Source: Octopus sinensis
Taxonomy: Eukaryota
Assembly: GCF_006345805.1 (NCBI RefSeq)
Contig: NC_043006.1
Coordinates: 50,530,001-50,594,000 of the forward strand
Direction of reading: 5' to 3'
Length of the DNA: 64,000 bases
A program made the translations under genes and the position numbers. The notes under the pieces were generated by a model. It was not told the DNA's origin. It worked only from the letters and a program-made list of their open reading frames with translations, and did no database searches. This document shows positions 37,205-51,214 of this stretch, in pieces; position 1 is the stretch's first letter, and every line of letters starts with the position of its first letter.

Positions 37205-37745
37205 TATGTCAGGTTACTTTCGAGTGCTACTGGTAACATGTAACCCAGTACAACCTGTTGCATGGTCGGGTCGTCGGCGACTAAACCGGCAACACCACCA
37301 AGCTTGCTTGGTGAGGAGGGTGTTTATTGGACACCCTGCGGGATTAAAAACAAAACCCGTCAAAGGGCGGAGGAACTCTTGAGAGTCAACGGCCATCCAA
37401 TAAATGTCTTAAGGCTGTACCATGCGCGGGGACATAGAAATAATCGGACTGAATACCCGATCGCGCGGTTAAACCATTGGGAGTGAAGGACTCCTAGCCT
37501 TTGTTAGGACATCCTTCTAGGAGAAGGTAACTCAGGTAATTGGGATAACTCCGACATAAAACCTGCGGCTCAGTGGTTACCGATGATGTTGACTTGTTCT
37601 TCTTTTCGGATTATGGCTGCTGTTGCTTAGTGAGTGGGATTGACTCAGAGCACAGCCTTTCCTCACTTTAAAAAAATCTTCTTGCATAGGCATTGCACGA
37701 TAACAACATTGATTAAGTTTCGTGCAATGGCCATACTCGATAACG
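37205..37745 (+). mobile_element. GC-richer structured segment resembling an RTE-clade LINE 5'UTR, flanked by (GTAT)n
   Basis: Multiple hairpins and a CTTCTAGGAGAAGGTAACTC motif reminiscent of RTE 5'UTRs; no downstream ORF2 seen. Confidence 0.4.
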
Positions 37746-37749
37746 AGGG

Positions 37750-38260
37750 GTAGCCACCATGTATGTATATATGTATGTATGGCATTCTTCAGTTTATTTC
37801 AAGATTTCTTGCCAATAGAGAAAGAACTGGTTTCTAACCTAGATTCAAGGCTACTTCATTGGAATTTCAACATCAACAACAGGGTATTTTTGTATGTATG
37901 TATGTATGTATGTATGTATGTATGTATGTATTTATGTATGTATGTATGCATGCATGCATGTATGTATGTATGTATGTATGTATGTATGTATGTATGTATG
38001 TATGTATGTATTTATGTATGTATGTATGCATGCATGCATGTATGTATGTATGTATGTATGTATGTATGTATGCATGTATGCATGTATGTATGTATGTATG
38101 TATGTATGTATGCATGTATGTATGTGCAGATTTGTATGTATGTATGCATGCATGTCATTATTCAGTTTATTTCAAGATTTCTTGCCAATAGAGAAAGAAC
38201 CGGTTTCTAACCTAGATCCAGGGCCCCTTCATTGGAATTTCAACATGTATGTATGTGTGA
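37750..38260. repeat. (GTAT)n/(GCAT)n array enclosing two diverged copies of a 95-105 bp module
   Basis: CAGTTTATTTCAAGATTTCTTGCCAATAGAGAAAG at about 37791 and 38163. Confidence 0.9.
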
Positions 38261-38334
38261 TTATATAAAACACGTCAAAATCTTATGAGTGGATTCGTCA
38301 GGCAGAAACTGAAAACCCGTAACGTATATTCTTT

Positions 38335-38567
38335 TACTTTTTTTTGTTTTTACTTGTTTCAGTGATTTGACTGCGGCCATGCTGGAACACCGCCTTTAGT
38401 CGGACAAATCGACCCCAGGACTTACTCTTTTAAGCCTACGACTTATCCCATCGGTCTCCTTTGCCGAACCGCGAAGTTACGGGGATGCAAACACACCAAC
38501 ATTAGTTGTGAAGTGATGGTGGGAGGACAATATATACACACATATATATATATATATATGCACACAT

Positions 38568-38628
<61 letters not shown>

Positions 38629-38785
38629 ACGGACTCCTTTCAGTTTCCGGCTAACAAATCTACTCATCAGGCTTTGGTTGTCCCGAGGCTATAGTAGAAG
38701 ACACTCGTCCAAGGTGCCACACAGTTGGACTGAACCCGAAACTATGTGGTTGGGACGCAAGCTTCTAAGCACCCAGCCACGCCTT
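38335..38785 (-). mobile_element. Complete family B bipartite SINE
   Basis: Colinear with 20450-20872. Confidence 0.88.
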
Positions 38786-39329
38786 CGTGTGTGTGGAGGG
38801 GTCGTGTCTGTCTCTCCACCCCTTGACAACCGGTGTTCATTTGTTTACGTCCGCGTAACTTTGTGGATCGGTAATATAAACCGATAGTACCACACTTGAA
38901 AATGTATTATATATATACATTGGTCGATTTTTTCGATTAAAACCTTTAAAGCTACAGCGTGGCCGTAGTCTAATGACCGAAGCGAGTAAAAGATAAAAGG
39001 TAAAAGGGGTCTGCATTTACATGTTCAGATACATGGTCGATATGACCGACGGAAGCGCCCCATACCTAGAGGAAGAAAATATGTACCAACGACCTTTTTT
39101 ATTGTTGTTTTAGAAGGAAAGCGACGAAAGCGCCAGAACTCTGTAACTGGTTTCTTGTAAAAGAGACACTTGTACGTTTGTATATGCACGCGTAAATGTA
39201 TCTATTTTTGTATGCGTATATATGTGCATGTATGAATTTATTCATACATACATGTGTATACATGTATGCGTGAATTTATTCATGCATAAGTGTGTATACA
39301 TACGTGTGTATGAATTTATTTATTTATTT

Positions 39330-39628
39330 ATTTATTTATGCGCCCTTTTCAAGCCTAGCCAGGCTCATGGGCCCGGTTTCTCGGTTTCTGTGGCGTATGT
39401 GTTCCGCAACTGGACGAGACGCTAGTCCATCGCAGCGTTAGTCAAGAAACAGGAAGAAAGTGAGAGAAAGTTGGGACGAAAGAGTACAACAAGGGTCGCC
39501 ACCACCCCCTGCCGGAGCCTTGTGGAGCTTTAGGTGTTTTCACTCAATAAACACACACTACGCTCGGTCTGGGAATCGAAACTGCGATCCTCCAACCGCG
39601 AGTCCGCTGCCCTAACCACTGGGCCATT
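39330..39628 (-). mobile_element. Complete family A SINE with (TAAA)n tail
   Basis: tRNA-like head, body and tail are all present. Confidence 0.88.
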
Positions 39629-41337
39629 CATGTATGAGTTACTGCAGTAATTATTTTTTTGTTGTTCAATCCTCATCAGGTACGCCTATGATCAGTTGCT
39701 TTCCAACCGAGGCATCCAATTTTTTTATCAGACGCAAAGGTTATTTACAGGACTACATTATTTACGTAAGTTCTCTCTCTCTCTCTCTGGAAAGGAGAGG
39801 ACATAGCTTGACGATGGTGAAACTACTATATTATAAGGTAGTGACTATGTAGGTACTCTCTTTGCTAACGATTAGGGCTAACTTTTGAATCCTGCACATT
39901 AATGGAAATCTCCCTCATCCATACGAATACAGTGATCACTCGGCTTGGGCATTTCTCTACCTCTTAGACAAATATCTGAGGATTTTGTTTTGTTTCAATA
40001 TCCCACCCTCCTAACAACTTGCGAACCACGAATTTTATTCCTTCTGGGACAAAATTGTTTCAATGCCCAACGTCAGATAACTCTTTTAGCTACTAACCTA
40101 TCTCCCTCACTTTTAACATCTCGGAGTTTGATATAAACACTTTCAAAACCACACTAATTTTTTTTCACGTCATTTACTGTTACGGTTTTCTTAGAATTGT
40201 ATCTACTAATACTTGCCTTGGCTTCATGCGTTGCCATTGAGAACTTTGACGAAATATATAATGTTGCTCTTAACACAAGAAAACCATCAGCCATAAATAA
40301 TATAAACATTTTTCTCAAAGTTTCATATGTTTGATAACATATAGATGAAACCCAGACTTCTGCATCCTGCACATCATATGTTGCGAATATATCAATGATT
40401 CACAATTTTGTGATTTTTTATATACCAAGTTTTGATTATGTTTCGCCAAAACTTTTTAATTAATTAATAGCTTAATTAATTAACTAAATAACTAATTAAT
40501 TAATAATTATCAAGGCTGTCATATTAGTCTAACAATATCGGGTTCTACTACTTTTTAGGCCGGCACGCTAATATGTATGTTTTAATTTGGGCTGTGTTGC
40601 TTTTACTTGAAAAAAAAATTATCTATAATCTTCGTTTTAATTTTATTTGAAAATTTAAATTAGGGAAAAGTTAAATTAAGTTTGCATGCCCTATTCATGT
40701 TGTATTATGAACGCAAAATCTCCGAAAAAAGCATATCGCGGAGGCATTATAATTTTGGAATGAAATGACTTGGTTAAGTAATTTACCAATGCAGTCCATT
40801 AGAGCAAGTGGTACAAATTGTAAAGAGCCAATAACGTGTAATTCCACTTAATTTTACTTAATAAATTTATTGCATCATTGATAATTTCATGTCGAATACG
40901 TTCTATATCTCCTACAACGCTACGAATTACATATTCTTAGCAAATTATTCAAGAAATAATTACATGTGCATGTTAATATGTTTAAATATTATTTTCGTTC
41001 ATTAATTCAGTGTAAAATTTCAGTATTGCTTAAAATTAATTTAAACTCGAAATATTTTGATAATTATAAATAATATATTGTAATGATTGAATCCAGGATT
41101 GAAAGACTGACGAACTGCCGTTACTGGTAACAATGGTTGCAGGTGTTTATTAATAAATTGTTGTTAGCGTTAACACGGTATCCTAAAGATAGTAGGTTAT
41201 CTAATATTTTTGAACATCTTTAATCCAATGTCTTAATTGAAAGGTTTTAGATCGGCCAGGCGTAAATGTGTGTATGGCGGAGGGGAGATATTTTGCTGTT
41301 ATTTCAAGCATTTTGATAAACTACATCGTGGGATCTT

Positions 41338-41559
41338 TTACTCCTTTACTTGTTTCAGTCATTTGACTGCAGCCATGCTGGAGTGCCGTCTTTAGTCGAG
41401 CAAATCGACCCCAGGACTTATTCTTTGGAAGCCTAGTACTTATTTTATCGGTCTCTTTTTGCCGAACCGCTTAGTTACGGGGACGTAAACACACCACCAT
41501 CGATTGTCAAGCGACGTTGGAGAACAAACACAGACACACAAACATACACACACACACAC

Positions 41560-41626
<67 letters not shown>

Positions 41627-42190
41627 GCAGGAGTGGCTGTGTGGTAAGTAGCTTGCTAACCAACCACATGGTTCCGGGTTCAGTCCCACTGCGTGGCATC
41701 TTGGGCAAGTGTCTTCTGCTATAGCCCCGGGCCGACCAATGCCTTGTGAGTGGATTTGGTAGACGGAAACTGAAAAGAAGCCCGTCGTATATATGTGTAT
41801 ATATATATATATATATATGTGTGTGTTTGTGTGTCTGTGTTTGTCCCCCTAGCATTGCTTGACAACCGATGCTGGTGTTAGCGGTTCGGCAAAAGAGACC
41901 GATAGAATAAGTACTGGGCTTACAAAGAATAAGTCCCGGGGTCGATTTGCTCGACTAAAAGGTGGTGCTCCAGCATGGCCGCAGTCAAATGACTGAAACA
42001 AGTAAAAGAGAAAAGAGAAAGAGAGTATAACGGGATTCTTTCAGTTTCCGTCTACCAAATCCACTCACAAGGCTTTAGTCGGCCCGAGGCTATAGTAGAA
42101 GACACTTGCCAAAGGTACCACGCAGTGGGAATGAACCCAGAACCATTTGGTTGGTAAGCAAGCTACTTACCACACACCCATTCCTGCGCC
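41338..42190. mobile_element. Family B SINE (+, 41623-42020) nested in the central microsatellite of a family B SINE (-)
   Basis: Order is: - strand 3' body 41338-41580, (TA)n, + head and body, - strand head 42030-42190. Confidence 0.82.
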
Positions 42191-42989
42191 TATTGCTATT
42201 AAAAAAAAGAAAAGAAATAAGCTCAGAGTAGCAAATCTTTATATAAATTGTGATTTAGCAAGGCATGTTCCTTCGGATAAACATAAAAAGAATGGCGTTG
42301 TAATAAACTCAAATTCGCAACTACCCAAGTCATTTTTTTTTACCAATAAAAACATAACATAGTTAAAACTATAGTTAGCAGGAATTCTGTATTTTGTCAT
42401 GCAAGCATTTGTTGATCGATTAGCAGAATATGTTAATCAAGAAAATCCTTCATCATAAAGATCAGCTGATTTGAAGCTGCAGAGAACAAAATATGTGACA
42501 CATAAAAATGTCATATTCCATCCTTATTCAACGAACAAATTGAATACGATTACATTAAGTAATAACGTGTTCCCTTTGATTTCGGAAGAGTGTATCACAT
42601 ATTCCGTATAAAAGCATTCAGATATGTCTTTACGAATATGAATGTCAAAATAAAACTGTATCACACATTCTAAGATTAATTACTCTTGCAAAACCTACGA
42701 CTTTATATTGTACCAAGTCATAAAGAAATGCACAAGTGATGTTGAAAGGACTATTGCTGTTTATCATAAGCACAGAACCTCGAATTTTGAGGAAATGCGT
42801 TATCGATTATATCGACCTCAGTATAATTACGTGATAATTTTCATCGCTCTCGTATAGATGACAGACAAAGTGGATCTCAACAGGAATTGAACTCAGAACA
42901 GCTGCAATTGAATATCACAAAACATTTTTACCACTTATTCTTGATTCGGCCAGTCTATTTACCCGATGTTATAATTAATATTGATTTCA

Positions 42990-43198
42990 AATTTTGGCAA
43001 AAGGCCAGTAATTCCGGAGTAGGGGGTACATCGGTTGCATCGATCCCAGTGCTCAACTGGTCCATATTTTATGGACCCCGAAGGGATGAAAGGAAAATTT
43101 GACCTCGGAGGAGTTTGAAATCAGAACGTAAAGACAGACAAAATACCGCTAAATATTTTACCTTGCGTGCTCGTGATTCTACCAACTCGCTGCCTTAA
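42990..43198 (-). mobile_element. Family D SINE, diverged
   Basis: Core match. Confidence 0.8.
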
Positions 43199-43789
43199 AA
43201 TTAGAATTGATGTTAGAAGAGAACTTGTTATTGCAACTGGCGAGGCTTCAAAGCTTTGCAGCGTTAATAATTCTATGTTTACTTCAATGAAATTGAATAA
43301 GCTAAACTTTTATCTTATAAAATGCATTTGTCATTCTCTATTTAACATGTTACCATGGTGCTGTGAGTGTTTGTGTGTGTTTGTGCGAGCGCGCTCGTGT
43401 AGGCGAATGAAAAATGCTTGTTATATTTGTTTTAGCCACAAGAGGGTTAGAAAGTAGCAGGTGTGTAGAATGGATTCCTAGACTTCATAATTCATAAACT
43501 TTACATTTCAAACGGCATCTAGGTGTGAAAAGTATAATCCAAAGGAGTTACATGCGGTTCACTCAAATAAAACTAATGCACTTAAATATTCATACCACTT
43601 GTTGAGTGAATTAAATAATAATAATTCTACGGCTCCAAAATGACATATCATTGAATTATATTATACATTTTCCAACTTCGATATGTGAATCGGGAAACAA
43701 ATTTAGGCATTGAATGGCAGTGAATGTCGTGTGAAAATAGTTGACACTCGCTAGAAATTGACACATTCGAAACATTCATGAATAAAATG

Positions 43790-43950
43790 TCATTAGGAGT
43801 GGCTGTTTGTTAAGAGACTTGCTTCCCAACCATATGGTTCCGGGTTCAGTCCCACTGCGTGACACCCTGGGCAAGTATCTTCTACTATAGCCTCGAGCCG
43901 ACCAAAGCCTGGTGAGTGGATTTGGTAGACGGAAACTGAAAGAAGCTCGT
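43790..43950 (-). mobile_element. Family B SINE head
   Basis: Matches the reverse complement of 41623-41790. Confidence 0.85.
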
Positions 43951-44182
43951 TATATATATATATATAATTGTTAAACATCGAACGTTGATATGTTCGCGTC
44001 TATTTCTTTGGGATATCTACTATATCATAATTTTAACCCACAGGATTTCATGCTCTGGTTTCTATAACTTCGGTAAATTGAACTATGAACTTTTATTCTT
44101 CTTTTTTCTTCTTTCATTCCATCTCCTTATACTTTTACTCCCTTCCTCTATGTTCTCATTTTCCCTATTTTTCCCCTATATG

Positions 44183-44236
44183 TCTCTGGTGATGGAATAT
44201 CACATACTCGGGGTTATACCAGAAACGGTTGTAAGA
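44183..44236 (+). ncRNA. Degenerate type I hammerhead motif in a probable Penelope-like pLTR remnant (about 44000-44440)
   Basis: TCT-CTGGTGA-TGG...CCA-GAAA-CGGTTGTA-AGA, with core A6->G; preceded by a pyrimidine-rich tract. Confidence 0.5.
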
Positions 44237-44446
44237 TTTTGAATTTCATCCTATAATAATATTGTATATGATTTGAGATATTTGCCTTGCCTTAATGTTT
44301 GCCGTCCTCTTTAACAATTATATATCCGCTGCAATGGCTCCATAACTACCGTCTCGGATATAACCTTGGAGATCCAGTAATCCGTTACAGCACTTACCTA
44401 GCGTACCTAATCGTTTAGATCACCCGTGTACTAAACCCCCATAATT

Positions 44447-44539
<93 letters not shown>

Positions 44540-46299
44540 TTGTGTGTCTGATTTTCCTCCACCATCGCTTGACAACTGATTTGGTGTGTTTACGTACCCG
44601 TAACTTAGCGGTTCGGCAAAAACTTCAACACATGCATTCCTACATTAATCCTTAATATATACACTTCCTTAATCCTTTGCGGTACACTGCTTCTTTCAAT
44701 CTACCATGTGCAGCACTGTAATAATGATTTCTAACATAGGTATAGGCCACACATCTTGGAGGAAGGATCAGTCGCAGAGATCGAGTCCAAGTATTAGATT
44801 TATCGACTCTAGAAGCATGAAAAATTTAGTTGATTTACGAGGGATCAGAAGAAACGAATGTGTAGGTACACAACAAAATACCGCAAGGCATTATATCTCT
44901 GGTTCTACTGACTCTATCTCAAACGGTAATGGCAATTCTGTGTAAGCTTGAAGTTGTAAATCAACAGTTCGTGTACTGTATGATGCTCTTAAACACCGAC
45001 ATATCTCTAGGTCTAGAAAAAGAAGAAATCAATTGAGGAACCCTCGTGACACGTTGGGAGTGCGTAATTCAATGTGACATTTTGTGTCAAGTCGACATGT
45101 TTTTTTTTCTTTTTCAGGGTCAGAAGTCTCTGTTTATCGCATATGCGAGAGTTACATAAAGAATGGAAATAATATGATAGCAGCAGCCATTCTACACAAT
45201 GGTTATAGATATATTAATATCCTCTTTTGCTTCGATGGAAGAGTGTAACAGAGCGCGATTCAATAAAGCAATACCAACAATGTAATATTCAATTGTTACA
45301 AGAGAATTGATAGCTAGAAACTATTACAAGTTATGACCTTATATATATGCTTAAGCAAACACCAATATGAGTGTGCGTGCGCGCGCGGGTGTGTGAGTGT
45401 GCGTGTATGTGCGCGGGCGTGTGAGTGTATGTGTGTATGCGCACTCGTACGTATATATGTATATACATATGTATGCATACATTGTATGTACACATAAATA
45501 CATGAAAACATGCCAAAAGGCGGTCACACGTATATACATATACATACATAGATGTATCCTGTATGTGTGTAAAAACAGAAAAAGAAAGGAAGCCGAAATG
45601 ATCAAGTGGAACAGTATGAACACACATGGTTACAGAAGTATGTAGCTATGCAACTCATTTGCATATATTTTAAATATCAACCTCTAACTCAACATTAAGA
45701 AGCTTGAAGTCAAGTCGTCCTATTTTAATTGAATGACTCCAACCTTCTTTTAAACTGTCTCCACCGTTGACATTGCCTACAGGTAAGTTTCAACTCCGTT
45801 TTTATTATATGTGACTCGAAAATGGTACCTCATATAGAACCGTCATTGATGCCTGGGTATTTGGAGGGGATATGTTAAGGCTGTGGAAAAGCGATGAATT
45901 GGTATCATCCGTAAAGCATCGGAGAAAAATGCCTTGAGAGATTAAGCTGTGTCTCTACAGTTCTAAGTCGAATCTCACTCATTTCGGACGACTTTCATTT
46001 TCAACGTTAACTGATGTCGATGAAAATAGTACCACTTAAATACAGGTAAGTGAGCGTGATAACATAAGCGCTTGTAAAAAAGAAATGGATCTGAAATAAT
46101 AGTTCGGATTTTGGTGTCTCTGTGCACGACATTGTCTCCAGAAGATGGGGAGAGAATGGGTTATAGAACACACACAACACACACATACACACACACTCAA
46201 ACACACACATATATGTATGTGTGTATGTATGTATCTATGTATGATACATGTATGACAGGAATGAGCAACGTCCCATCTCGTGTATGAATTTTCCGTTTG

Positions 46300-46500
46300 T
46301 TTTTATTCTTTTATTTTTTTTACTTGTTTCTGTCATTTGACTGCAGCCATGCTGGAGCACCGCATTAAAGACCCCAGCACTTATTCTTTGTAAGCCTAAT
46401 ACTTAATCTATCGATCTCATTTGCCGAGCCACTAGGTTACGGGGACATAAACACATCAGCATCGGTTGTCAAGCGAAGGCGGGATGGGATACAAACAAAC
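46300..46500 (-). mobile_element. Family B SINE 3' body
   Basis: Matches 20450-20680. Confidence 0.82.
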
Positions 46501-46512
46501 ACATACACACAA

Positions 46513-46554
<42 letters not shown>

Positions 46555-46584
46555 ACACACACACATATATATATATTAATAATG

Positions 46585-46686
<102 letters not shown>

Positions 46687-47625
46687 TGACAACAAAAGGA
46701 TGAATGAGACCTGGATATTATGTAAATAGAGGAATTTATCTATAATATAATATGTCACAATTAGTCGGTTGCCATAATGAAACTCAGAGTTTCGGATATC
46801 GGGGCGGAATTCTGCTCTGGCATCTCGTCAGTTATTAAGACAAACAAAAATGCAATGAAAATGACCGTTAAATAAAGGGAATTTACCCAGATTGGGAGAA
46901 ACTAAAAATACACCAAGAAGGTAAACCCACGCTCATAGAATCCGCGTATGTGCGCATGTACATACACATGCGCGCACGCACACCTACGCACATGCACAAA
47001 TATGAAGGGTGAAAGTTAATGTACAAAAAAACAATATATAAAAATATATAAAGCAATAAAATATATAAAAATATATGTAAAAATATTTATAGATACATAT
47101 GTAAGAAATGAAATACTTGTACGTGGACACAATATAAAAAGCAGGTTCTATCTGTGATCTTGGGGTGACCAAAAACGTAACAAATATTTAGCCATATGTG
47201 GACATGTTCCAAAAAGTTCAGTTCTTAAATTTAGACATGTAGCGGTGTCTAAGCTGCTTTTCCAGATGAACCATCTTTCCATATCACAAAGACCGCACTT
47301 TCCACTGCCGTTGGTGTAAGGCTTACACTTGGGTAAGATCTTCCAATGGACATTATAGTTGACACCTTTTTCTTTTAAGGATCAAATATAACTGGATAAG
47401 TTGGTTGTTTTACTTTTTTCCCAGTGTCTGAAGCTCAAGGTGTGATTGTTGTACTTGTCTTTGAAATTCCCCTCTGTTAGACCCACATATTTCTTTGACG
47501 AAGCTATGTTTTTAGTGGTTTTAGAGTCTACGGTGGCTTCATAAATGAAGGTCTCGGGCATGCAAGCTCCATTTTGCTAGCACAAATTTTTATCCCTGTA
47601 TGAACAGCTGGTTTGATTTTGTTGT
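46687..47625 (-). mobile_element. 5'-truncated Penelope-like element (GIY-YIG endonuclease remnant at 47148-47620 plus pLTR), copy 1
   Basis: CMPETFIYEATV...KKYVGLTEGNFKDKYNNHTLSFRH...NLSSYI*SLKEKG...HWKIL...KCGLCDMER...LNLRTELFGTCPH; two in-frame stops. Confidence 0.9.
46775..46837 (-). ncRNA. Hammerhead motif in the PLE pLTR (second copy at 47845-47907)
   Basis: TAATAA-CTGACGA-GAT...ATCC-GAAA-CTCTGAGTT-TCATTA; one stem I mismatch and a GUU triplet. Confidence 0.6.
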
Positions 47626-47690
47626 TTTTGTGTGTGTGTGTGTGTGTGTGTACACACACACATATATATATATTAATAATGATAATAATA

Positions 47691-47745
<55 letters not shown>

Positions 47746-47756
47746 TAATAATAATA

Positions 47757-48735
47757 TGACAACAAAAGGATGAATGAGACCTGGATATTATGTAAATAGA
47801 GGAATTTATCTATAATATAATATGTCACAATTAGTCGGTTGCCATAATGAAACTCAGAGTTTCGGATATCGGGGCGGAATTCTGCTCTGGCATCTCGTCA
47901 GTTATTAAGACAAACAAAAATGCAATGAAAATGACCGTTAAATAAAGGGAATTTACCCAGATTGGGAGAAACTAAAAATACACCAAGAAGGTAAACCCAC
48001 GCTCATAGAATCCGCGTATGTGCGCATGTACATACACATGCGCGCACGCACACCTACGCACATGCACAAATATGAAGGGTGAAAGTTAATGTACAAAAAA
48101 ACAATATATAAAAATATATAAAGCAATAAAATATATAAAAATATATGTAAAAATATTTATAGATACATATGTAAGAAATGAAATACTTGTACGTGGACAC
48201 AATATAAAAAGCAGGTTCTATCTGTGATCTTGGGGTGACCAAAAACGTAACAAATATTTAGCCATATGTGGACATGTTCCAAAAAGTTCAGTTCTTAAAT
48301 TTAGACATGTAGCGGTGTCTAAGCTGCTTTTCCAGATGAACCATCTTTCCATATCACAAAGACCGCACTTTCCACTGCCGTTGGTGTAAGGCTTACACTT
48401 GGGTAAGATCTTCCAATGGACATTATAGTTGACACCTTTTTCTTTTAAGGATCAAATATAACTGGATAAGTTGGTTGTTTTACTTTTTTCCCAGTGTCTG
48501 AAGCTCAAGGTGTGATTGTTGTACTTGTCTTTGAAATTCCCCTCTGTTAGACCCACATATTTCTTTGACGAAGCTATGTTTTTAGTGGTTTTAGAGTCTA
48601 CGGTGGCTTCATAAATGAAGGTCTCGGGCATGCAAGCTCCATTTTGCTAGCACAAATTTTTATCCCTGTATGAACAGCTGGTTTGATTTTGTTGTTTTTG
48701 TGTGTTGTGTGCAACTATATTATTAAAATTAGTAG
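47757..48735 (-). mobile_element. Penelope-like element copy 2 (tandem, +1070 offset), extends slightly further 5'
   Basis: Appears identical to copy 1 (track ORFs 46984-47172 and 48054-48242 are identical); extra TNFNNIVAHN segment. Confidence 0.9.
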
Positions 48736-49695
48736 TTGAGCTAGTGAAACGTATAGAAATGAGTAGATGGGTAAACAGAAGGAAAGCAAGAAGAGAAGTA
48801 AGTGTATTAATGAGGTGAATCGATATATAGCTGGTGAGGGTATAGGAAAGAGGAAGGATTGAATGGCCCAGGAAACAGTGGAGAGGGGGAAAAGTGTCAA
48901 GGATAGGACGAGGCTGTAGGAAGGAGAAGGAGAAAGATAAGGCTGCTAATCGTGCGTTAGTGTAAGATGGCCACTATTCGACACAAGCGTTATAAACAAT
49001 AACTATAAAGCTAAGTAATGAGAGAGATTCGGTAAACAGACTAGTTGAAAAGAAACCCATTAATCATCTTAAAACGGGGATGTATCAGAAATAAATATAT
49101 GAATGCAATCGTATCAATGTATGAAAAAAAGCATTGTAGAGTGTGGCGTCACTTCAAGCACAAGTATCAGATATAGCGGAGGGGTATTTGAAAGTAGGAG
49201 ATGTAAGAGAAAATGAAAAAGAGTACGAGAGAAGGGAGAGGGCAGTGGCCTGACTTTAAATTTAAATTAATACGTTTTCTAACCGGTAAGGGCCACTGCA
49301 ATAAAGTATTATCTGCAGCACCAGTTTTTCCGCAAATTTAGCGCGCCAAAACGAGGACATTTTAAATAGTAACCACGAGTGTAATGGGTAGGACTGTCTT
49401 ACAAGTCTGACTTTGTGGGGACGACATAGTATGCAGTCCTGCAAATTATATTCATCTGGACGGTCGCACCGATGATCTACGGACATTTATGTAAGTAAAA
49501 TTACGTAATATTTTAATAGTGAAACATGTATGCGAATAATCCATGTTTTTATTGCTTTTTCTTTTGTCTTGCTCGATTACGTTTTGGTTGTTTTGCTATA
49601 CTTTTCTTGAGAACATTTCTTAGTGGTAAGACCATAGCGGATCTATTTCTAGCATAAGGGTGTCCACATAGTGGTTTCCCTTTAATATGTATGTG

Positions 49696-49773
<78 letters not shown>

Positions 49774-51214
49774 TATATATACACTCACATACTTATGTAT
49801 CTTTCTGTGTGTATGTAAACGTGTTTTTGTACGTATACATTTGTATATACGTGTACTTTTGTGTATATATGTAGTTGTGTATTCACGTATATGTGTATCA
49901 GTATAAGTAAACAGATATACATGTACGTGAGCGTGCGTGTAAGTGTGTGTACATAATCCTCATAAAATTAAAATTTTTTAAAAGAAAAAGATCGCTTTGT
50001 GTGATGTTATAATTCAACAAAAACGCGTCTTACATACGAAGACGAGCTAAATAATCTAGTATATTGCCTTCGGAAACGATTGTATGCAAAAACAAAATGT
50101 TCTTGGGGCAACAACATGTGTAAAATAAACTATTCTTCTCGCAGTGTATAAAATAAACCTACCTAATGAATCGCTTACTGCTAAAAATTAATTTATCTGA
50201 TTCACTTGTTAAGTAGCAAGTGTGGCTGATATAGCATCGTTGGCACGTTCTTACGTGAGTTTTATATGAAATAATGATGACATGCTGCAGAAGATAGCTG
50301 CTTCGATTTCTGCACTTTCTTTCTCCCATCACGTTTACACCAATTAGCATCTGCTACAACGTCATATTTGATGAATGATAACATTGTGTAACAAAACTTT
50401 TATTTTTATTTTTGTCTTTGGCTAGTAAGTGTTATTTCCTAGTTTCTTTTATCTAGAAATCAAAAGAAACGAATACTATTCTCTTCAAACCTTGCTTTTG
50501 TGATCTGAACATCAATGTTTTGAAACTGACCTATTTTCCATTACATTTCAGGCAGATTCAGCGCTGAGTTGTTGAAGCAAAAATATCATTATAGCAAATA
50601 TTCTGCTCAATACTACAGATTTGCTTTTCACTTGCTTGACTTCAACTACTGGAGCATATCCCTTAGTGGCTGACAATATGTGCATCTCTGATCATAAACA
50701 CGAGTAGTGGGGGAGCATCATACCCAAGTGTTGAGAGGGATTCTTTGAGATTTGAATAAAAGTGACAAAAGCAAAGTTTGAAGGAAATGTCAGCCATTCT
50801 CCATACTTTCTAGGAGTAAGCAAAGAGGGAGTAACAACTGCTACCCAGGGACAAAAATCGTGACATACAGTGTAGGGCTTCTCCTACGATTGTGATAATG
50901 CCATCATCTATAGGTTTTGCAAGAATTAGAATTCACAGGATATCCCTACAGACTGCCTTCCTGTTTTTTTTTTCACATTCGTTAATGTGAATTCAGTTTA
51001 GAGATGGAACATAAACTTTATATATTTGAAGCTTCATTTTCACATGTAAATCAGCTTTCATCTAATGTTCCCAAACGTTCTTCATAGGGATCAATAGATG
51101 CACGACATGATATTTTTGTTATTATTTAGAACCCAGAAGCATTTTGTCCGGCGTGCTAACGATTCTGCTAGCTCACCGCCTTAAACTGTACCCTAAATAA
51201 CGTAAAAATCATTG

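Noticed and set aside
40154-40372. ORF ending ...YNSKKTVTVNDVKK, faintly like a histone-fold helix-loop (KRKTVT..DV)
   Set aside because: The resemblance is limited to a few residues and the upstream spacing does not fit. It needs an HMM search before any call.
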